A DNA stretch of 63,088 nt, filler included, from Reticulomyxa filosa (Eukaryota; Protista; Foraminifera): assembly GCA_000512085.1 (NCBI GenBank). It is 23 parts of 23 records of this genome, joined end to end, with 100 filler letters (N's around TTAATTAATTAA, not from the genome) between each part and the next. Parts side by side here need not be neighbours in the genome. Positions count along the whole stretch, not along the records: positions 33,885 to 37,289 come from ASPP01021822.1; positions 37,390 to 38,609 come from ASPP01002202.1; positions 38,710 to 42,932 come from ASPP01007368.1; positions 43,033 to 47,656 come from ASPP01027963.1; positions 47,757 to 55,809 come from ASPP01006460.1; 18 more parts are not named here. One strand, given 5' to 3'. Within the stretch, counting starts at the first letter, position 1. Every line of letters starts with the position of its first letter. Under the pieces are notes generated by a model that did not search any database, was not told the origin of the DNA, and was given only the letters and a program-made list of their open reading frames with translations. Below are positions 36,542 through 50,537 of the stretch, piece after piece. A program made the position numbers and the translations under genes.

Positions 36542-37389
36542 ATCATCTTTTGGCTTGTCCACTGACTTTAATTTTTTTGTGAGTTTTGTTATTGTAATAA
36601 ATTATTGGCGTGCCAATTTGTTTGGTGGTGCCGATTTTTTCTTTAAAGCACTGACAAAAACAAAAAAGGCATAAAGGTTTGTAAGGAAACATTTCATTGT
36701 TATTTCTTTCAAACTAAGTGTAAACAAATAATAATGAGTACATTTTCATCACAATGGTAATTCTCTCACTTTAAGTAGGACCCAGGTTCCCTTAATAACA
36801 AAATAGCGAATTTGCCAAAGCTATATGAAAGTATGTAAAAAATGAATAAACGGTAAGTAAAGATTACTTTTTGTCCGTCCGGATGATTTGCTAGAATCGA
36901 AGAATTATGAATAAACTGTAACAAACAAACATTTCGAATTATCTGTCATATTTTTGTGAATTTTTTTTAAGCTTTTGCACTGGGATGGCATTTAAAAGAA
37001 AACAAAGAAAATTGAATAGTTGTCATACAGTAAGATAAAAAAGAAAGTTGACACATAAAATGCCACATTATATAGATGATTGTGTTTCTCCATGAAAAAA
37101 CAACATTTAATCAAATTTTTTTTTTAAAAATATCTACAAATCGTGTAGTTTTTAAATATCGTTTTGGTTTTTTATTAAGTCTTTACAATTTTTTAAAAAA
37201 TTTTAATCTTTCATTTACTTTAAAAAAATTTTTGTGGTTGCCTAATTATGATAAGATTTGTTTTTTAAAATTTAATTCAAGTTTACCAANNNNNNNNNNN
37301 NNNNNNNNNNNNNNNNNNNNNNNNNNNNNNNNNTTAATTAATTAANNNNNNNNNNNNNNNNNNNNNNNNNNNNNNNNNNNNNNNNNNNN

Positions 37390-38609
37390 AATCATTTGAG
37401 AAGATCGTACTCCACAAGTTGGAAGTACACGATTGTAGATTTGTTTGCAGAGTGATCACAGGCAAAGTGGGATTATGGATTCCTGTTCAAGATAAAGATC
37501 AATTACACCAAATTGCAAGTGGTGCGAAGGAGATAAAGAAGAAACTGTGGAACATTTCCTAATGGAATGTACACATTATCAAGGACTTAGGAATGTATGG
37601 TGTGCAGTAATCAAGATATTGATTGGCGACAAGACATGGGAACCTATTTTGTTTTCTTTTACTATTTGTGCCATGACCTCTTTTGGTCCAGGTACTTGAA
37701 CTTGCTTTTGTTTGCACCTTGGGTTTATGGCAAGGGCCAAAATCAGTGAGGATTGAAAGATGAAGCAAGGAGTAGTCTGACACCTTCACGCCCTCCCAGT
37801 GCAAAAGCTTCAAAAAAAAAAAAGTGCAAGTGTATCATATGGTCAGGCCGATTCAATGATCATCTTGTATTGGCATACAAGATTTAGAATGAATCTCACG
37901 GATTGGTAAATTGTCAGTATTGAGTGCCGATAGTTAAACCTGATTCACATTTAATCCCAAATGTTCCAAGATCCAAGTATGCCAAAATGGTTGGAATTGG
38001 AATATCCGATCAATGATATTACGACCAATATTGGATCTGAGATTGAAGCATGAGACTTGCATTGAAGTATGTCGGTGATCATTACAGATTCCATTATGGA
38101 AGAGTGATTATCCTGACCGATTGCAAGTTTGTGATTAATGCAATATTCAATAAATGGGATTCTGATATCTATAAACTGCCAATTATGGATTATCAGAAGA
38201 TATTGAAATTATTTAATGAGGATAACTTACCAGAGATCTATTGGATTAAAGGTCATTCTGGTAATGATAAAGTGGATCTTGTTGCAAATAATGCTCGCAG
38301 GAAAGCGTTGCAATTGCAACCAGATTTGATTGCACAACATAGATCAGCTGCATTTCTGAATAATCATGGATTGAATCCCTATTTCACATAGCAATGGAAA
38401 GACATTGGATGTGAAGGAGTGGATAATCCAAGACATATTATGCCACAATATTTCTTATCTAATCTAATGGAAGCTGAACGCAAGATCATTTGTCGGCTGA
38501 ATGATTATTTGATTTGAAGAAGAGACTGTTGAACATTTCCTGATGGAATGAATATCCAGACATTACTTCCAGATATCAATGTATTGTCCCTATCGATGAA
38601 ATATTTCAT
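37390..38609 (+). mobile_element. Degenerate non-LTR (LINE) retrotransposon fragments: RNase H and C-terminal Cys/His motif
   Basis: ILTDCKFVI...IYWIKGHSGNDKVDLVA (RNase H); CKWC....ETVEHFLMEC near 37515-37570 and a second ETVEHFLME near 38525. Many stops. Confidence 0.8.
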
Positions 38610-39632
38610 NNNNNNNNNNNNNNNNNNNNNNNNNNNNNNNNNNNNNNNNNNNNTTAATTAATTAANNNNNNNNNNNNNNNNNNNNNNNNNNNNNNNNNNN
38701 NNNNNNNNNAATAATAAAAAATAAACTTTGCATTTCCAGTGTCGGTGTTGACACATTGCTGTGATTGTCAAATATGTCATATACTTTTGCGATGTCTTTC
38801 CAAGGAAACCCAAATTCCGGGAGACGTGAGCCGGTACGTTGTTGAGGTCGTCCCAAGGAAAGCTCTTTTACATTGTTCGGATATTCAAACATCATCTGGC
38901 TTGACCCTGTACCTAAACAAATCAAAAAAGGAGTACATATTTTTTCAGCTATTTCTTCGTCAAATGTAAAATCAGAAAAAAAGCTATAACGGAATATAAA
39001 CGAAGCTAACCGCCAAAATGAGAATAAATGTTGTTCGTTTGAGTTAAAGAATTCATTGTGAGGTACTTGCTTTTTCTTTTTTCGGAAATAACGAAGTGAA
39101 ACTAAAATTCTTACGCTATGTTTGTTTGAGGGTCTCTCTTATTTTTAAAAAAAGGAGGAAGAAAATAAAAAGCTCGTTGCAACAAGTTTGCAAACAACAA
39201 ATGCCGTCCTTTACTTTATATTTTCTTTTGCAGAAACGCATAGTTGATGGACAATTTTTTTTCTTCCAAAAAGTTATCATTCGAAAAGCAAGACTAGGCA
39301 TTACTCACACTACAGCATTTGGCTTAAACAATGCAAGAAAGTTGAAATTACAAAAGACATGAGTGTTCACGTCGTTTGAAATGCACAATTGAACCAAACC
39401 ACGAAATACTCATGATTATAATAATCCCTGAAGTGTATTTACCCTAAATTAAGCAAGTGGAATTAATCGAAGATTTCTTGAGTATAGCTCAAAAAAGAAG
39501 CATTTTTAAATGTTAAAATATTTAAGTTGTACACTCTGATCTCTCAAAACACTTTGCTATTTCTTAAACGAATGAGAAGTTTTTTAACGCGCATTTGTTC
39601 ATATTGGGCGTGAAAATGTGACGATCACATAG

Positions 39633-40191
39633 GGGAGGTGAAACATCCAAATATTCTTTAGGAGACAAGAGCGGTTCTCAAGAAGATAGCCCTTCAAAAT
39701 TTACTGCAATCGAAATCAAAAAGCTACACAAAAGATTTGAGCAATTAGATACCACACATTGTGGGTTTATTCGTAGTGAAGATCTAGATTTGATTCCCGA
39801 ACTTTCATTAAACCCATTGTGTAAACGAGTTGTTTCGTTGTGTGACCCAGAAAATCGAAATGAGATTAACTTTACAGGTTTTGTGAAACTTTTATGGGTT
39901 TTTAGTTCCAGAGCAACCAAACAAGAAAAATTGGACCTGACATTTAAGTGTTACGACACTGACGCTGACAATGAAATATCGCCCGGAGATATGTTTGGAT
40001 TGTTGCGAGACATTGTCGGTCAACAATTACCAGATAACGATTTGATGAAAATCGCCGAAGAATTGATCAAAAAGGATCAGCCAAACGCAAACATAAATAA
40101 ACTCACAAAAGGAGAGTTTTTCGATGTTATGACAGAGGAAGTGTTACTGGAGAATATGACTGTTTCGGTCAATGACGAGACACCAGAGTAA
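39633..40191 (+). CDS. Calcineurin B-like EF-hand protein
   Basis: The frame extends upstream of the ORF call: GGETSK...FTAIEIKKLHKRFEQLD...IPELSLNPL..RV...INFTGFV...EKL.LTFKCYDTDADNEIS. Typical CNB architecture. Confidence 0.88.
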
Positions 40192-41287
40192 TTAATTAGT
40201 CTGATCTAAACTATCCTTTTTGCTCTTCTGGTGGGTACTTTTACAACTCAGTGTCCAAATTAAATTTTCTAAACAAAAATTAAACAAGGAAATTGTACTA
40301 GATTGTCAAACTGCTAAATATATATGTATGTACATTAACAAGTTAATGTCCACGTGACACAAACAATGATAAATCGCCGTAGTTAAAAAAACAATTTCAC
40401 ACTATTACAATTGTCTCACGTTTTACAAAATTTCAACAAAAATCGAAAGTAAATTATCATTTACAAAAAGGAAACAATTTGATTTTCCAATATTTTGAAA
40501 ATAGTTTCTCCTATGGAATATTTGAAATAAATCATGAAATGTTATACAATTGACTATTTTCACGCTTATTATATTTTAGTACATTTCATTTCTATTGCAT
40601 TTAGATTTTGTTTTAAACAATTACCTTCATCTGATTTGAATATTTTCTTTAATATCGTAATATTGTTGTACATATAATCTATATTAATATAATGTAAGTA
40701 ATTATTGCTATATTCATAGAATTTTCTTTGTTTGTTTTTCTTCAACGATCTGATATAGTATAATACATATTTTAGTTTATATGAAAATTGTTTGGCTGCA
40801 TTTTTATCATTTTCATTTGGTTTTGACTCATTATGGTCTAAATCTTTTGTTTTGATTTTTCTTTTTCTATGTTTGCTGTTTAGTTTCTTTTTTAACTATT
40901 TGTTTTAAATACAGTACATTTTTGTCTTATGAGTATATGTTTCAATTGATTTACTGCTTTTGTCCTTTATCATTTGTATTTGAACTCGATAATGTGAGCA
41001 AATCTAATACTAAATGATATATTTTGTTACTTTTATTTTGAAAGTTATATTTGTGAAATCGTGTTTAATGAACAGATTCAATCTTGCGAGTGCTAATAAA
41101 TGCATTCTCAAAAAAAGTATTTGGGTGAAAGTGCTGGTTTTCTGAAAGCAACCCTTCTAACAAAAGGTCTTTGTCATAAGAGTACAAGATTGGAAAATCC
41201 ACAATGGTAATGACATTCCGAGAAACAATAAAGAAAGTAAAGCAAAATGGAGGAGTTGACTTTGCTGTTTGTATTTTCAAATATACA

Positions 41288-42762
41288 TTATTTTGTCAAC
41301 AGCTCCCTATACACATCTTCGATGTATGTATCAATATAATTGGGTGAATAACCAGAACACTTGGCTAGATTTCTCACGCATTGTTTCATGTCGTCTGGAT
41401 TGCCTTTTTCAAAAATCTGAGCATTTGCTGGAGTCATGATCCATTCTTCTAACCACGCAAGCAATTTATCCAGTGTATTTTGGTCATGTTCTTTCACTGC
41501 AAATTCGACAATAAAGTCGTTTGCTTTGTGCGTTGCTTGAGTCTTGGATGAGATCGGGAGAGACGGTAAGACAGGACCCCAGTGCATGGTAACAAAGGGA
41601 TATTGTAGTAACGCAAAGGTATTTGGACGCTTTGCAGGATCTTGAACTAAGCACTGTTTTAAAAACGACACGAATTCAACTGGCGCAGAGGATTCAATGT
41701 AATTTTCGACATTGATTCCATTTACAATTTGAAATAAATCCAAGTCAGAATCTGGCAGCAATTCTTCTGTTTTATTATATCCAATTTTGTGTGTGTTATC
41801 AAAATTAACACCTTGTTTTTGTGATAATTTTATTAAAAAGATTTTTTTTTTTTTTTTTTCCAAATGAGTTCTCAACGTCTGTACACTTCAAGCAAGGTAA
41901 TGCCAAAGGCCCAAATGTCAGCGCCAGTGGAAAACCTGCCATTGGCCCTTTCAGGAGCAAAATACTTCATGGTGCCTTCCATACTTTGGCATGTATCTTG
42001 TGGAGACTCCAACTGACGCAATAATCCAAAATCTGCAATTTTAACTTCACCTGAACATGATAATAAGATATTTTGTGGTTTAATGTCCCCATGGACCTTT
42101 TTTTTGTTGTTGTTGTTGATTGGAGGCTCTTTCCTTCCACATTACCCCCTTAACTTTAGAATTTTTTTTTGTCCACACACAATAAGATGAAAAAATCTGA
42201 AACAAAAAAAAAAGAGACGTGAATTAACCAACGGCTTGGATTGCGAATGCAAATGATGTAATCCCAAAAGTACTTCTCGAGCAATAAATCGTAATTGGTC
42301 AAAGGATAACGATTCAATGGAAATCTGTTTGTGTCCGGACCTCTCCATTTCCTCCGGCGTAGCGTTCAGAGCATCGACACGAGCACTTGGGAAGCAACTG
42401 TCGTATACACTGCCCATGTCCATATATTCCAACAAAATCACGACCTCGTTGTTTTTCATGTCTCGATACCAGCCGTAGATTTGCATCAATTGCTGGCACA
42501 CTGGCAACAAATGGACTTGCGCTTCGTATTCCTCCAGCAATTGCTTGACGGTGATGGTGTCTAGTCGCGACGTGACTTTGGCAGCGACGATTTGGCACAG
42601 AGGTAGGTATATGGCTTTGTACACGCGACCACTTGAGCCTTTGCCAAATGGCTCGTTCCACATTCTCACGTCGTTGGGATTTATCGCTTGCATTTTGCTT
42701 TGTTCATCGTCTGCGAGTTGAGATGGCTTCGTACTTTTGTTTTGTTTATTGTTGTAACTCAA
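41288..42762 (-). CDS. STE-group (MAP2K-like) protein kinase; exons ~42762-42229, 42096-41877, 41811-41288
   Basis: GKGSSGRV, VAAK, LEYMDMGS, VHGDIKPQNIL, VKIADFG, GTMKYFAPE, DIWAFG and DPAKRP; both introns keep the frame. Confidence 0.92.
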
Positions 42763-43032
42763 CGTGATGAAAACTCAAATATTAACACATTGCAAAAAAA
42801 AAAAAAGGACTAAACAGAATTGAGTCATTTTTGTGATGTGACGTCTTCAAATTATCTAATGCGGTTAGTGATATCTTCGTTCGTGTATGTGCATGTGTGG
42901 TTGTATTTTCATTTGCATTTTCATTTGCATTTNNNNNNNNNNNNNNNNNNNNNNNNNNNNNNNNNNNNNNNNNNNNTTAATTAATTAANNNNNNNNNNNN
43001 NNNNNNNNNNNNNNNNNNNNNNNNNNNNNNNN

Positions 43033-46000
43033 TTTTAGAACAGGAATCGTGGCGTCATATTCGACTGAGATGCCAATGAACTTGTCGGCATGGGACTGCA
43101 AATCTGGAGGATACGATAGTACAACCGGTAATAACATTATATCGGCGATCGGAAGGAACAACCTGTTTTGCAGGAACACATTCGAGATGCGCTGGATGGC
43201 GAGTTGCTAATGTATAATTCAAGCAACAAGACGAGTCTAGCTTTTATGGTATTGCTTTGAATGATGGACAGCCACAAGGTTATGATCAATCAATATCCTT
43301 GTTTGCTGTTATCGTGTTGTCAAATTCCAAAATAAATTGGCTGATTTCTGGTGGGTTATGTTGAAAGAGATATTACGATGATTTTTTTTCCTGTTTATTG
43401 GAACTGCAACTCGACGTGTGTCACTGCCAAACAAGTCATACCTTGAAGAACGGCGACTTCGCAATGTCTTATTGCAAACCAAGTTTTGTTTTTTGTCAGC
43501 TAATGATTTTTTTATTTGCCAAAAACATGTTCAATATCGCTTTGACTTGCAATAGACCACCAACCAAGCACCCAACGAAACATCAAACAAAACATATGAC
43601 AAAGCCCCCAATCAAAAGACCGATCTACAAAATCTCCAAACAAGCATCCCAAAAAGTCCAATAAGACACCCAATCAAACACACAACCAAACACCGAAGCA
43701 CCAACAAGGCATCCAACTTCGAGCCCAACTTTGTCTCCAACAGTATGCGCAATTCCAAATGATGTGATTGGAATGTTGATAGCCAAAAAAGAATCATCGA
43801 TCAAAGCGGCGAAATATTCGAAGTTGCACGGTCATTGTTATTTATCTAATTGTGGTTCCGTTGGCCCAGATCTCATGGCGTTCCACTTTGTGATGCAGAA
43901 ATAGTTGAATTTGGGCGATTAAAGGCATGCATGTTTCCGTTTACGTGAGTGGCCCTTTAACAAAATTAACGGACTACACATGTTTATCCATTGGCTTGGC
44001 GAACATGGAAACCAGAGACGGATTTGCACGATCACTTATTTGATAACTCAACTTGGGATGTGACCAATAAGAAATGACATCAACTTGGTCAACACAAACT
44101 GGAAATTTTGGCACCAACAAGCGCGTCGACACATCCACGACGTTTGTACGACATATTTGTCAACGTATTCCCCAACGAGCGCTCCAACATACTCGCTAAC
44201 CTTTTCTCCAACTGACGCCCCAGCAAGCACTCCAACTATTCTCCAACAAAGCACTGACACAATCACCGACTGATACTCCAACGCAGCACCAGCTTATTCA
44301 CCAACGGGGCTCTAGCATTTTCTCCAACGATGCTCCAACATCCAGCCCAACGTACTCACTGACTGCTTTGCCAATGGGTGCATCGACATACTGCCAGCAC
44401 AATCGCCAACGGACAGCCCAACGTATTCTCCAACTGGCGCTCTAACATTCAGTCCAACCTATTCACCAACTGGTTCTCCAACAAGCGCTCGACACAATCA
44501 CCAACAGACAGTCCGACTTAATATCCAATGTATCCACCAACTGCGCTCCAAAGTACAGTCCAATATATTCTTCAGCTTATTCTCCAACAAACGTTCCAAC
44601 AGAGTCTCCGACAATACTCCAACAACCACATATTCGCCAACGGGTGCTCCAAAGTATTCACCAACATTCCAACAAACTCGCCAACATATTCCCAACTTAC
44701 TCACCAACAGGCGCTCCAACGGATGCAACCTTATATACAACATATTCAACGAACGCCCCAATAGTCCCACGTACTCGACAACATATTCACCAACAGGTCA
44801 CCGATCGATGCACACACGCAGTCGCCAACTTATTATCCAATAATACCCCAACGGACGCGCTGACACTCCACATATTCTTCAACGGGTTCCCGCATTTAGT
44901 CCAACGTAGTCGCCAACTAACGTGCCAACACGTCACCAACGTATTCTTACCAACGCATGCACCAACTTATTCACCAACGTATTTGCCAACGAGTATTTCA
45001 ACGGAGACTAACTAATACCAACGCTCTCACCAACTATTCCCCAACGTGCTCCGACATACTCGCCAACCTTTTCTCCATTGACGCTCCAACGTATTCTCTA
45101 ACGGATGCCCCGACACAGTCACCACTAATGCTCAACGCGGTCCAACTTATTCATCAACGGGTCTCCAACATTTTCTCTAACGAATGCTAACATCCGCCCA
45201 ACGTACACCGACTGCTTCGCCAACGGGCTCCAACATACTCGCCAACGGACAACTCAACTTATTCCCAAAGGCTCCAACATTCAATCCAAACTATTCCCCA
45301 GCTGGTACTCCAACAAACAGTCTGACTTGCTATCCAACGTATTCACCAACTGGCTCTCCAACGTACAGTCCAGTACTACCCAAACAACCGCCAACATTCC
45401 CCGTGGGCAGTCCAACTTAACATTTTTCACCACTGGAGCATCAACGTACAGTCCAACAAACGCTCCAACGAATGCTCCAACACAATCACCAATTTACTCG
45501 CCAACATACTTGCCAACGGGCGCTCCAACGTACTACCAACATTCTCCAACTTATCCACCGCCCCATCACCAACGAGTCAACACATTCCTCAACTACTCGC
45601 CAACTGGTGCTCCAACTTACTCGACAACCGACGTCCGACATATACCAACGAGAGCTCAACAAACGCTCCAACGGAGAGCCCGACTTTGTCCAACAGTCCT
45701 ATTCCAAACTAAACTAATGCGCCAACATGCAGTCCGATTTATGGTCCAACAAATGCTCCAACTTACACTCCAACGGGTGACCGACCTACAGCACAACCTA
45801 TGGTTCGACAAACAGCCCAACACCAAATCCAATAAATGCATCAACTTACGGCCCGACAAACACTCCTACTTATAGCCCAACAAATGCGCCAACATAGAGT
45901 CCAACAGCCAATCCAACATATAACCCGACGAATGCACCCACTTTCAGTTCAACGAACGCACATACTTCAGTCCGACATACAGTCAACGTAAAGTCAACAC

Positions 46001-47656
46001 CAAGCCCAATCAATGTCCTATTTACAGTCCAATTCCAACAAACGCTCCTACACAGTCCGACGTATTCACCGCATTGAACCCGACTTATAGTCCCACTTAC
46101 AGTCCGACAAGCGCCCAACGGACAGTCCAACAAATATACCCACATTCAGTCCAAGTATTCACAACATATAGTCTACATATAGCCCAACGGAAAGTCCAAC
46201 ATATTCCCCCATGCCAAACCCAACAAATGCAACGGCTTACAGTCCAACTCCAAGCTCAGTCAATGCTCCTACCAACGCCCAACGGATAGCCCGTCTTATA
46301 GTCAACCATAATCCAACATACAGTCTACCGATAGTCCAACGTATTCACCTACTTTAGTCAGACTTACTCTCCGCATACGTCCAACAAACAAACTACGATT
46401 CCTCAACAACTTCTCCTACTTCGAGACAAACACAAAGAAACACAAGTAAACCAAACTGTCATCCAACAAGTAGCCTGCCTTCGCACAACGGGAAGCCCAC
46501 AGCTACAATTTGATACTATCCTCCTCACATTTCTGTGCCCGCATGCACTGGAACAAGGACGAAGCTGAATGACATTGGAGTTGATCGACTATGAGTTTAA
46601 AGCTTCCAAAGATCGTACGTATATCCAATGCCAAGTCTTGTGTGTATGCGAGAAGTCGGTATTTGAACAACAATCCAACCCAAGTTCCAGTGCCATTGAG
46701 AAATTGTTTTTATAAATTCCTTGCAGCTGTGACGTGCATTGACTTTGTGACAAAGACATGATAGATCCTGATGGATTCACAACGAATTAGACCGATGATG
46801 GGTCTGGGAAGGTAAATATTTTGAGTTGGTTTTGAAAGGACATGCAAATTTGAGACCAGGGTTATACGAATTGCAAGGCAAAGATTCACGATGTGTGAAT
46901 GATACAATATTGGTCCCCGATGTTTGCAAGAAAATGCATCCTCATTATCATTCATCAGATTCATCATCAAGCGATGATTTCGAATGTGACAATCGTGAAC
47001 CTTGTATTTGGAGAGTATGTGTGAAGATGCTTGTGGCTCAGTTGACCACACTGAAGGGTCGATTGAATATGTATTGTCGTGTATGATGCTACTTATGACA
47101 CTTACGATTGTCTGGCGAGTGAACACAAGCGGCGATTTGCCTAACCAACATTGCAACTATAACAATTTACATGCTCCATTGACTGATGTTACCATTCGTC
47201 TAGGATGTGATTGCGAACCACATAATGCTGTCAATTACTTAAGATACAACACCTATTGCTGTTGTGCATTCCAATTACTGGCATTTTGAAAATTTGGACG
47301 TTAGCCTTGTGAGTACAAACTCTTGACAATTGTGCTGAAAGGTGAAATAACGGTGAAAAAAACAGGTGATGCAACATTGGGCGGAGGTTTCAGATGCCTC
47401 AACTTTGACAACACAATGCGTTGTTACCGTTCATAATCCTGGCAGTGACCGATGTACCTTTGGAGAATGCCAACTTGTGGCAGCCTTGCGATCGTATGTT
47501 GGGGTGAGGAGGGCATTTTTGTCTCATTTTGACCTGTGGAGTGCACAAAGCAAAGACGTATTGTCCTGGGGAAAAACTAGCCATTGTCACTATTTCCAGG
47601 TCATCAGTGTCGTGAGATCTGCAACAAGCCATTGCAATGCGGCCGTCTAGTCTTTA
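43033..47656 (+). pseudogene. Heavily frameshifted mucin-like surface protein gene (PT repeats plus Cys-rich domains)
   Basis: Repeats encoding TYSPT/T.APT over about 44140-46400, flanked by Cys-rich segments. Indels break the frame every few tens of codons. Confidence 0.65.
44140..46400 (+). repeat. Degenerate 12/24-bp tandem repeat (TATTCACCAACG / GCTCCAAC; PT repeat)
   Basis: CCAAC recurs with roughly 12-bp period for over 2 kb. Confidence 0.85.
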
Positions 47657-47756
47657 NNNNNNNNNNNNNNNNNNNNNNNNNNNNNNNNNNNNNNNNNNNN
47701 TTAATTAATTAANNNNNNNNNNNNNNNNNNNNNNNNNNNNNNNNNNNNNNNNNNNN

Positions 47757-47798
<42 letters not shown>

Positions 47799-47799
47799 A

Positions 47800-50537
47800 A
47801 TGAAAACCGACAAAGAAAGCTTTGTAATGGTGATTCCGCCGCCCAACGTGACGGGAAGTCTGCACTTGGGCCACGCGTTGATGGCGACGATCGAAGACGC
47901 GATAACGAGATACTGGAGGATGAAGGGGAAGAACACGCTATGGCTGCCGGGCACGGACCACGCGGGGATAGCGACGCAAGCGGTGGTGGAGAGACGACTG
48001 CAGCGCGAGGGGATATCGAAGCATGTGATCGGACGTGAGAAATTTCTGGAAGAAGTGTGGAAGTGGAAGAAGGACTATGGCGGCAAAATCTGTGAACAGT
48101 TGCGTCGCATGGGTTGTTCGGTGGACTGGTCGCGCGAAGTGTTTACGATGGATGACAAGTTATCGCGAGCAGTGACAGAAGCCTTTGTGCGAATGTACGA
48201 AAAGGGGCTTATTTATCGCGCAAACCGTTTATGTCATTGGAGCTGTCAGCTGCAGTCAGCTATTTCCAACGCCGAAGTGGAAGTGGTCCAGTTGACGGAG
48301 CCGACAGAAATGAATATTCCAGGATACGCCAAGCCTATTGAATTTGGAGTATTGCACCGATTCAAATATCCATTGGCCGATCCTGTTAATAATTCTTCTT
48401 CTTCTTCTTTGCAGTACATTGAGGTAGCTACCACTCGTATTGAAACGATGCTTGGTGATACTGCTGTCGCGGTGCATCCTAATGATACGCGCTATTCGCA
48501 AGTACATGGCCGCTTCGTGCTGCACCCGTTTTTGAAACGCAAACTGCCCATTGTGTGCGACTCGTTTGTTGATCCTCAATTCGGCTCCGGCGCTGTGAAG
48601 ATCACGCCTGCTCACGACGAAAACGACTTTGAGTGCGGCAGACGTCACAACCTCGACTTTATCAACATTCTCACCGAGGACGGCAGGATCAACGCCAATG
48701 GAGGCGATCTGTTTGCTGGTATGCCCCGCTACGAGGCCAGGGCCGCCATCATTGCCGAGCTCACCAAACTCGGTCTCTTTGTTGGCAGACAGGACAATCC
48801 CATGGGCTTGCAGATCTGCTCGCGCTCCAAAGATGTCATCGAACCTTATCTCAAGCCCCAGTGGTATGTCAACTGCACCGACATGGCCAAGAAGGCCTTG
48901 GACGCCGTCTTTGTCACCAAAGAACTCAAAATCACACCCACCGTCGAAGGCGAGCGCTTGTGGCAGTACTTTTTGGGAAACATTCGTCCTTGGTGCATCT
49001 CCAGGCAGCTTTGGTGGGGACATCGGATCCCTGCATGGCAAGTCCATCTTGAAAAGACAACCGCAAAAGGAGGGCGACATAGCGATAGCAACACGAATAA
49101 TGCTTTGTCAGCAAAATTGTCGGAAACGGATATGAGTCATTGGATAATTGCCAGAACAGAAGCGGAAGCACTCGAAAAAGCGTGCGAAAAATTTGGAAAA
49201 CAGAAGCACGAAATCACGCTGGTGCAAGACCCGGACGTGTTGGATACGTGGTTTTCCAGTGGATTGTTCCCATTTAGCACGATGGGATGGCCGGACGAGG
49301 CGAGTGCGGACTTGAAAAAGTTCTTCCGGGCACGCTGTTGGAAACGGGCTCGGATATCATATTCTTTTGGGTGGCACGCATGGTAATGATGTCGACGGAA
49401 CTGACGGGACAACTGCCGTTCAAAGAGGTGCTGTTGCATCCGATTGTGCGCGACAAGGATGGAAGCAAAATGAGCAAGAGCAAAGGCAATGTGATCGACC
49501 CTTTACATATCATTGACGGCGTGGAGTTGCAAGTGCTGATCGACGAGCTGTATAGTGGCAACATCAAGGACTCGGAAATTTCCACGTATGAGGCGAAGAA
49601 ACGAGAAGACTTCCCCAATGGCATTCCGCCTTGCGGCACTGATGCCTTGCGCTTTGGCTTGCTGAGCTACTTGTCGCAACATCGCAACATCAACTTGGAT
49701 GTGGCTCGCATCGTTGGCTATCGCCAATTTTGCAATAAGATTTGGAATGCTGTGCGCTTTGCCATTTCGAAATTTGATCAACACTTTGTTGCACCCAATG
49801 CGGCCGAATTTGTGCAAAGCAAAGACTTTAAAGATCATGCCACGTTTGCCGATCGCTGGATTTTGTCACGCTTGAACAATGCTATCACCTCGTGCCATAC
49901 ACATAATCCCATTTACGAGTTTTATCAAAGCACAGACGCTGTCTTTCAATTCTTTACTCGCGAGCTGTGCGATGTGTATTTGGAGTTAATTAAAGGGATC
50001 TTCCGTGATACCAATGCCACGAAACAACAACATATTACCTCAAATATCTTATATCTTTGCGTGGACTTGTCGCTGAAATTGATGCATCCTTTCATGCCCT
50101 TTGTCACCGAAGAATTGTGGCAACGGCTGCCTGGATCTCGATCCACTCGCGACTCTTTGATCGTTCAATCATATCCGACACCCTTTTCCGATTGGACCAA
50201 TGCCGCCGTTGAAAAAGAAATGAATTTGGTACTCAACGTTATCAAGAATCTTCGCTCTCACAAACAGACACATCTTAACTTGCCCACAAAAACTATTTAT
50301 GACATTTCCATTTGCACTACCATACCCTTCATTTTGGAAACGGTGGAGCGGCATAAACCCGCCATTCAAACGTTGGCAATGACCGGCAATATTTCCGTTG
50401 CCAACACGGACGTTCATAACGATTCTATTTACAACACGTGGTCGTTGGCTGAGCATCAAATCATTATTGACGAACAAACCCTGAAATATGTCAGCTATCA
50501 CAACGTTTCCGGCCTGGAAAAAAAGAAAGAAAACTAA
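47800..50537 (+). CDS. VARS1: Valyl-tRNA synthetase, eukaryotic type, 5'-truncated, single frameshift near 49327
   Basis: PPPNVTGSLHLGH, PGTDHAGIATQ, ATTRIETMLGD, GAVKITPAHD, WCISRQLWWGH, DVLDTWFSS and KMSKSKGN. One extra C restores FFPGTLLETG. Confidence 0.97.

Noticed and set aside
48256-49135. Long overlapping ORFs within ValRS
   Set aside because: By-product of GC-rich codon usage; no independent motifs.
49320-49335. Programmed frameshift in ValRS
   Set aside because: One missing C in a short homopolymer, with no slippery heptamer. Similar homopolymer errors occur in usg, p23 and the C2 gene.
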